Notes under the pieces: model-generated | What the model saw: the letters and a program-made list of their open reading frames with translations, nothing else | What the model was told of the DNA's origin: nothing | The model's database searches: none | Assembly: GCA_964016885.1 (NCBI GenBank) | Contig: OZ024743.1 | Span: 15,624,001 to 15,688,000 of the forward strand | Length of the DNA: 64,000 nucleotides | Direction: 5' to 3' | Origin: Eledone cirrhosa | Taxonomy: Eukaryota | Part shown: positions 56,513 through 64,000 of the stretch, in pieces | How positions within the stretch are numbered: position 1 is the stretch's first letter | How the letters are laid out: the number at the start of each line of letters is the position of its first letter | Program-made: the position numbers and the translations under genes

Positions 56513-56702
56513 GCGATAGTATAGGCCTCTGGCTTATGATTGGTCCGCGTAATAATAATAATGGTGATGCGTGTGGGGGGGGGGTCTCTGGCTTATAGTA
56601 ATAATGGTGATGCGTGTGGGGGGGGGGGTCTCTGGCTTATGATTGGTCCACGTATTAAGAATGGTGGTGTGTGGGGGCGGGTGGGCGGGATGTGGGGTAG
56701 CT

Positions 56703-59700
56703 AGCTGGAAGGTTATGAATGTTTACCAGCGAGTAACAAAAAGCAAAACTGCAAGATTTGTTCTGTTCAATACGACAAAAACACCGTATTTAAACCTTAA
56801 TAAATAACAAAAAATACAGATTTCGGATTTTGCGGGATTGGATATTTGTACGAAATTGTGGTGTGTGGAGGAGATAGGAAAAACGTGAACGTTACGATTA
56901 CATGGTTACACCGTAGTAGGGGTAGTTGAAGCAGCAATTGTTTGGCGAAAGTGAATAAACATGAACGGGAATTTATCTTATATATATATGTGTGTGTGTG
57001 TGTGTAGCTAAGAGAGAGAGAGAGAGAGTGGGAAGGGGGAGAGAGAGAGAGAGAGAGTGGCTGACCGCAACCCCTCGTGAAGAAAATGGTGGGTGAGGGG
57101 TGTATGAGCGGGATTTTTGACTTTCGAGGTAGCATGATATATATATTTAAAGTAAATTATAAGAAGTAGAATGGAAAGGATTTTGTTGTTTTTTGTTTTT
57201 TTGTTTGAGAATACGATAGAATTAGGGAATTGGAGGATACGATAGAATTAAGAATGTTTACCAGCGAGTAACAAAAAGCAAAACTGCAAGATTTGTTCTG
57301 TTCAATACGACAAAAACACCGTATTTAAACCTTAATAAATAACAAAAAATACAGATTTCGGATTTTGCGGGATTGGATGTTTGTACGAAATTGTGGTGTG
57401 TGGAGGAGATAGGAAAAACGTGAACGTTACGATTACATGGTTACACCGTAGTAGGGGTAGTTGAAGCAGCAATTGTTTGGCGAAAGTGAATAAACATGAA
57501 CGGGAATTTATCTTATATATATATGTGAGTGTGTGTGTGTAGCTAAGAGAGAGAGAGAGAGAGTGGGAAGGGGGAGAGAGAGAGAGAGAGAGTGGCTGAC
57601 CGCAACCCCTCGTGAAGAAAATGGTGGGTGAGGGGTGTATGAGCGGGATTTTTGACTTTCGAGGTAGCATGATATATATATTTAAAGTAAATTATAAGAA
57701 GTAGAATGGAAAGGATTTTGTTGTTTTTTGTTTTTTTGTTTGAGAATACGATAGAATTAGGGAATTGGAGGATACGATAGAATTAAGAATGTTTACCAGC
57801 GAGTAACAAAAAGCAAAACTGCAAGATTTGTTCTGTTCAATACGACAAAAACACCGTATTTAAACCTTAATAAATAACAAAAAATACAGATTTCGGATTT
57901 TGCGGGATTGGATGTTTGTACGAAATTGTGGTGTGTGGAGGAGATAGGAAAAACGTGAACGTTACGATTACATGGTTACACCGTAGTAGGGGTAGTTGAA
58001 GCAGCAATTGTTTGGCGAAAGTGAATAAACATGAACGGGAATTTATCTTATATATATATGTGAGTGTGTGTGTGTAGCTAAGAGAGAGAGAGAGAGAGTG
58101 GGAAGGGGGAGAGAGAGAGAGAGAGAGTGGCTGACCGCAACCCCTCGTGAAGAAAATGGTGGGTGAGGGGTGTATGAGCGGGATTTTTGACTTTCGAGGT
58201 AGCATGATATATATATTTAAAGTAAATTATAAGAAGTAGAATGGAAAGGATTTTGTTGTTTTTTGTTTTTTTGTTTGAGAATACGATAGAATTAGGGAAT
58301 TGGAGGATAAGCTGGAAGGTTATGAATGTTTACCAGCGAGTAACAAAAAGCAAAACTGCAAGATTTGTTCTGTTCAATACGACAAAAACACCGTATTTAA
58401 ACCTTAATAAATAACAAAAAATACAGATTTCGGATTTTGCGGGATTGGATGTTTGTACGAAATTGTGGTGTGTGGAGGAGATAGGAAAAACGTGAACGTA
58501 CGATTACATGGTTACACCGTAGTAGGGGTAGTTGAAGCAGCAATTGTTTGGCGAAAATGAATAAACATGAACGGGAATTTATCTTATATATATATGTGTG
58601 TGTGTGTGTGTGTAGCTAAGAGAGAGAGAGAGAGAGTGGGAAGGGGGAGAGAGAGAGAGAGAGAGTGGCTGACCGCAACCCCTCGTGAAGAAAATGGTGG
58701 GTGAGGGGTGTATGAGCGGGATTTTTGACTTTCGAGGTAGCATGATATATATATTTAAAGTAAATTATAAGAAGTAGAATGGAAAGGATTTTGTTGTTTT
58801 TTGTTTTTTTGTTTGAGAATACGATAGAATTAGGGAATTGGAGGATACGATAGAATTAAGAATGTTTACCAGCGAGTAACAAAAAGCAAAACTGCAAGAT
58901 TTGTTCTGTTCAATACGACAAAAACACCGTATTTAAACCTTAATAAATAACAAAAAATACAGATTTCGGATTTTGCGGGATTGGATGTTTGTACGAAATT
59001 GTGGTGTGTGGAGGAGATAGGAAAAACGTGAACGTTACGATTACATGGTTACACCGTAGTAGGGGTAGTTGAAGCAGCAATTGTTTGGCGAAAGTGAATA
59101 AACATGAACGGGAATTTATCTTATATATATATGTGTGTGTGTGTGTGTGTAGCTAAGAGAGAGAGAGAGAGAGTGGGAAGGGGGAGAGAGAGAGAGAGAG
59201 AGTGGCTGACCGCAACCCCTCGTGAAGAAAATGGTGGGTGAGGGGTGTATGAGCGGGATTTTTGACTTTCGAGGTAGCATGATATATATATTTAAAGTAA
59301 ATTATAAGAAGTAGAATGGAAAGGATTTTGTTGTTTTTTGTTTTTTTGTTTGAGAATACGATAGAATTAGGGAATTGGAGGATACGATAGAATTAAGAAT
59401 GTTTACCAGCGAGTAACAAAAAGCAAAACTGCAAGATTTGTTCTGTTCAATACGACAAAAACACCGTATTTAAACCTTAATAAATAACAAAAAATACAGA
59501 TTTCGGATTTTGCGGGATTGGATGTTTGTACGAAATTGTGGTGTGTGGAGGAGATAGGAAAAACGTGAACGTTACGATTACATGGTTACACCGTAGTAGG
59601 GGTAGTTGAAGCAGCAATTGTTTGGCGAAAGTGAATAAACATGAACGGGAATTTATCTTATATATATATGTGTGTGTGTGTGTGTAGCTAAGAGAGAGAG

Positions 59701-61229
59701 AGAGAGAGTGGGAAGGGGGAGAGAGAGAGAGAGAGAGTGGCTGACCGCAACCCCTCGTGAAGAAAATGGTGGGTGAGGGGTGTATGAGCGGGATTTTTGA
59801 CTTTCGAGGTAGCATGATATATATATTTAAAGTAAATTATAAGAAGTAGAATGGAAAGGATTTTGTTGTTTTTTGTTTTTTTGTTTGAGAATACGATAGA
59901 ATTAGGGAATTGGAGGATAAGCTGGAAGGTTATGAATGTTTACCAGCGAGTAACAAAAAGCAAAACTGCAAGATTTGTTCTGTTCAATACGACAAAAACA
60001 CCGTATTTAAACCTTAATAAATAACAAAAAATACAGATTTCGGATTTTGCGGGATTGGATGTTTGTACGAAATTGTGGTGTGTGGAGGAGATAGGAAAAA
60101 CGTGAACGTTACGATTACATGGTTACACCGTAGTAGGGGTAGTTGAAGCAGCAATTGTTTGGCGAAAGTGAATAAACATGAACGGGAATTTATCTTATAT
60201 ATATATGTGTGTGTGTGTGTGTGTAGCTAAGAGAGAGAGAGAGAGAGTGGGAAGGGGGAGAGAGAGAGAGAGAGAGTGGCTGACCGCAACCCCTCGTGAA
60301 GAAAATGGTGGGTGAGGGGTGTATGAGCGGGATTTTTGACTTTCGAGGTAGCATGATATATATATTTAAAGTAAATTATAAGAAGTAGAATGGAAAGGAT
60401 TTTGTTGTTTTTTGTTTTTTTGTTTGAGAATACGATAGAATTAGGGAATTGGAGGATAAGCTGGAAGGTTATGAATGTTTACCAGCGAGTAACAAAAAGC
60501 AAAACTGCAAGATTTGTTCTGTTCAATACGACAAAAACACCGTATTTAAACCTTAATAAATAACAAAAAATACAGATTTCGGATTTTGCGGGATTGGATG
60601 TTTGTACGAAATTGTGGTGTGTGGAGGAGATAGGAAAAACGTGAACGTTACGATTACATGGTTACACCGTAGTAGGGGTAGTTGAAGCAGCAATTGTTTG
60701 GCGAAAGTGAATAAACATGAACGGGAATTTATCTTATATATATATGTGTGTGTGTGTGTGTGTAGCTAAGAGAGAGAGAGAGAGAGTGGGAAGGGGGAGA
60801 GAGAGAGAGAGAGAGTGGCTGACCGCAACCCCTCGTGAAGAAAATGGTGGGTGAGGGGTGTATGAGCGGGATTTTTGACTTTCGAGGTAGCATGATATAT
60901 ATATTTAAAGTAAATTATAAGAAGTAGAATGGAAAGGATTTTGTTGTTTTTTGTTTTTTTGTTTGAGAATACGATAGAATTAGGGAATTGGAGGATACGA
61001 TAGAATTAAGAATGTTTACCAGCGAGTAACAAAAAGCAAAACTGCAAGATTTGTTCTGTTCAATACGACAAAAACACCGTATTTAAACCTTAATAAATAA
61101 CAAAAAATACAGATTTCGGATTTTGCGGGATTGGATGTTTGTACGAAATTGTGGTGTGTGGAGGAGATAGGAAAAACGTGAACGTTACGATTACATGGTT
61201 ACACCGTAGTAGGGGTAGTTGAAGCAGCA
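56703..61229 (-). repeat. Tandem array of 8 full ~535-539-bp units plus a 220-bp partial unit
   Basis: gaatgtttaccagcgag begins at 56717, 57252, 57787, 58324, 58860, 59397, 59934, 60473 and 61010; units nearly identical. Confidence 0.97.
60704..60740 (-). promoter_or_regulatory. Putative TATA + initiator core promoter (present in each full monomer; unit 8 shown)
   Basis: Minus-strand TATATAAG starts 32 nt upstream of the A in TCACTTT (YYANWYY), oriented toward the RTE ORF. Confidence 0.45.
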
Positions 61230-62424
61230 TATATATATATATATAATCCTCCCAGTAATTAGTGGACAAAGAAGAAGGAGAAGATTGACCCTTGTCAATC
61301 CATGTGACTTTTATCTTGAGAATTATCAATGTGGTTCAGCTTAGATACAGTTTGATGTCTCATTGCCATTATCCTTAAATAAGTGATCTGTTTTGTACAG
61401 AAAAGAATTTAATTCATATTTCACATCAATATACTATACATATTTTGTAAAAATCTTTCTGTTTTTAAAATAAAACAATATATGGATAAGAAGACATCTC
61501 TAATGAATAAACTAAAGTGATTAATTTACTTGACAATTCTCTTTCATATTGTTCAGTTTGAATCAACTACTACTCTAACAGTGTAGTTAAGTGAGATTAT
61601 GTTGCTGTTCATTCTATTTCTATTACTCCTGGAACATCAGATATCACATGGGTGCTTTGTCATTCATTTACAAGGAGATTGTTTGAAGGAGGTGGCTCAT
61701 TTACTGAAAACCATTTCATGTTAAGAGAAAGTTTGAACGATTCAGTATTTTCGCTATCATAAGGATATGTATGCAAATAACTGAACTACTTGAGTTATTC
61801 GATGCTGCACAGTTTGTTTTGTTAACAATTATCCTTAAAACATACAAAAAGACTCAAACCAAACAGCTGTTCAATGCATGTAGTAGATATACATGTACTT
61901 TAAAAATGATTTCTATGAAGTTGATGATGGAATATGGCATTGTCTTATAAAAGTTGGATATCTAGAAAAATGATTATAAATGTTTTCTAAAAAAATAAAC
62001 AATTTATGGTTTGAGTACTTCAAGAAAAATGTCTAGTCTCATGTGTTGTAATAGTACTCTCAGTCATAAATTTAGTATTCATGATATCATATGGCATATA
62101 ATAGGTGGTTGGATTTCAGCCCAGAATGTTCTAGAATAAAACGATTTAGTGTATTTTCATTTTTTCATTGTACTCTGGATAAGGTAAAGTAACTTAATAA
62201 TGTATAATTTTTTTTATTTCAGACAAATAGAGCTTTAAATGGAGGAATTTACGGTGTGTTGTACATGATATATTTAAACCCTCTGGCATGGAATATGACT
62301 GTGAAATTCAGAGACAAAATTAAGTTTTAAAAGAAGTCCTTTCAATTAAAATAACCTACATATAAACTTACAATTGCTGCTTTACTAAAGCAAAACAGAT
62401 TTTTATAAAATGCAAGAAATGAAT

Positions 62425-62477
62425 ATTCTCTGATGAAAATAATGCTAGAGATTAGCATAACAGAAATCCTTTAGAAT
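62425..62477 (+). ncRNA. Hammerhead ribozyme-like motif
   Basis: attct CTGATGA aaata atgcta-gagat-tagcat aaca GAAA tcct TT agaat; stem I perfect, base of stem II unpaired. Confidence 0.5.
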
Positions 62478-62889
62478 TTTAAGATCATACATACGAAAGC
62501 TGCTTAGCTGTATGGTAGCATTTTTTATTCTTTTTTTTTTTATTGAATATACCAGCCTTTTGCTCTGGAACTTAAAGCAAATCACCACAACAGAAACAAA
62601 TTCATTTACAATTAGAGTACCCAGTAACCATGAATACATGCAAATCAGACATACTGTTTCCATATTTTCTCATTCTACACTTTGGAATCGATTTAACAGA
62701 TATCATAGTTAATATCTCATCCCGAAAGTTTTCTAGCACTCACACATCTGCGTAAAGATGGACTGATCCATGCTCCCTGTGGGTGTGGGGTCATGATCTG
62801 GTTCTCCCACTCACGTGTTCTATTCACCCCACATGTTTTGCTTAATTCATTTATTTATTCTTACATCTAAAATCTTTAATTGGTTTGTC

Positions 62890-63415
62890 AGCTTAGCAAG
62901 TTATTTTAGATTAGTCATAATCAATGCAATAACAACTGTTATAAAAGTATATGCACAACAATTGGAACTGACCGAGGAGCAAAAGGACCACTACTTTGAG
63001 GCTCTCTTGTAGATATGCTTTATAACAAACAGTTCGTATCTCATTATGTCTCAGAAGAAATAGATGCTAAGTGTGTGGGAGACCAGAGACAAGAGATATG
63101 AAATACGATGCGCAAAGCACACATAAGCTGAGAGAAAAATCTGTGTATAACAGAAATCGGATGAGAGAAAACTACATTGCTATAGATATTTAATGTGCAT
63201 GGATGTGGCAGTTAAGTAAAGAAGTGCAGATATATTCATGTAGAATGTATCTGTGAAAGAGGAAGATCAAGAAAAAGATGATTGGATCGAGAGATGAATA
63301 TTGATCTCAAGAGACTGATCTACACAAAGATTATGACTCAAGAATGTGACATATGGCAAAATGTTCTGTTGGAAAAGGTGCCTACATCTCATGCAACCAT
63401 TGAAAAACAGACAAA
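62890..63415 (+). mobile_element. Old RTE fragments (APE part and 3' end)
   Basis: RLVIINAITTVIKVYAQQLELTEEQKDHYFEALL matches RLVLNRTTVTVISAYAPQSGLPGTIKDRFYETL. Confidence 0.6.
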
Positions 63416-63454
63416 TTATGATGTATGTATGTATGCATCTATGCAACATTGGAT

Positions 63455-63487
<33 letters not shown>

Positions 63488-63609
63488 GATATGCTCCATC
63501 AACAACTTATATAAAAGAAAAGTATATCAAACACAAAACGCCAGCATCAATAGTTTTCCAAGAGATGGCAACATGAATGGATCTGTTAATTTTCTCTAAA
63601 AGACAATTT

Positions 63610-63780
63610 TTCCGATTCCGCCCTGCCCGTCCCTTCAATCTTTCTAATTTCCCATTGTTTCTTCTGATGAAGAACTCGCATCCAAAACGTTAAGACCCTC
63701 TTCCTGCTATTTCAAGCGTTAAACTAATATATTCCTTCCATATACTGTACCGATTGTGTTATTTCTCTTTACTTTTTACA
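63610..63780 (+). mobile_element. PLE-type terminal repeat with decayed hammerhead (63660-63695)
   Basis: tctt CTGATGA agaactcgcatcc AAAA cg TT aaga; homologous to 45324-45500. Confidence 0.65.
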
Positions 63781-64000
63781 TACATACATATATATATATA
63801 AACATAAGCATGTGTATGCATGTACTTGTATATAATTATAAATGTATACAAAAATCGACAGAACAGCCGGTCTATGAAATTAAATACAAGTTCCTAAGCA
63901 TTTGACAGGAATGTCTATCTTTACTCTAATTATCAGGGAGATTCAGTATGATAAAATGTGTGTTAAGGCTGGCCCTTTGTTTTTGAAAGTACAATTTATT

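Larger units (their letters stand above)
52872..61229 (-). mobile_element. Full-length RTE-clade LINE with tandem 5' monomer array
   Basis: (ATG)n tail 52872-52896, 3' UTR to 53233, intact ORF, GC-rich leader 56513-56716, array to 61229; (TA)n on both sides consistent with a duplicated target. Confidence 0.85.

Noticed and set aside
47458-56519. Plus-strand ORFs overlapping the RTE copies (also 29397-30514)
   Set aside because: Antisense shadows of the RTE coding strand.
56797-59815. Repeated 112-aa ORF (MLPRKSKIPL...) in the array units as a possible ORF1
   Set aside because: Runs through CT/CA/TA microsatellites and is frameshifted in several units by repeat-length changes; no domain recognised.
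56703-61229. CRISPR-like or rDNA/snRNA array
   Set aside because: Units are near-identical with no unique spacers, and no rRNA, tRNA or snRNA similarity was recognised.

Overview
AT-rich, microsatellite-dense eukaryotic DNA. The repeat content (CORE-type and Deu/Nin-type tRNA SINEs, RTE LINEs with (ATG)n tails, (TA)n tracts) resembles an octopus/cephalopod genome; this is inference. The window is mostly transposon-derived. Main items: (1) an intact RTE-clade LINE (52872-61229, minus strand) with APE+RT ORF, a C4-H-C3 PHD-type finger inside the RT region, and a 5' array of 8 full plus 1 partial ~536-bp monomers, each carrying a TATA+Inr-like motif; (2) many Penelope-like element (PLE) derivatives bearing minimal type-I hammerhead ribozyme motifs, including a 1.7-kb GIY-YIG foldback and two ~350-bp non-coding palindromes with a hammerhead on each strand; (3) truncated or rearranged RTE copies, an RTE-tailed CORE-SINE, decayed BovB-like and R4/Dong-like LINEs, a non-autonomous Helitron and a piggyBac-type MITE; (4) a few minus-strand exon-like segments of an unidentified, possibly decaying, host gene. 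Most listed ORFs are microsatellite or antisense artefacts. All alignments and folds were done by eye.
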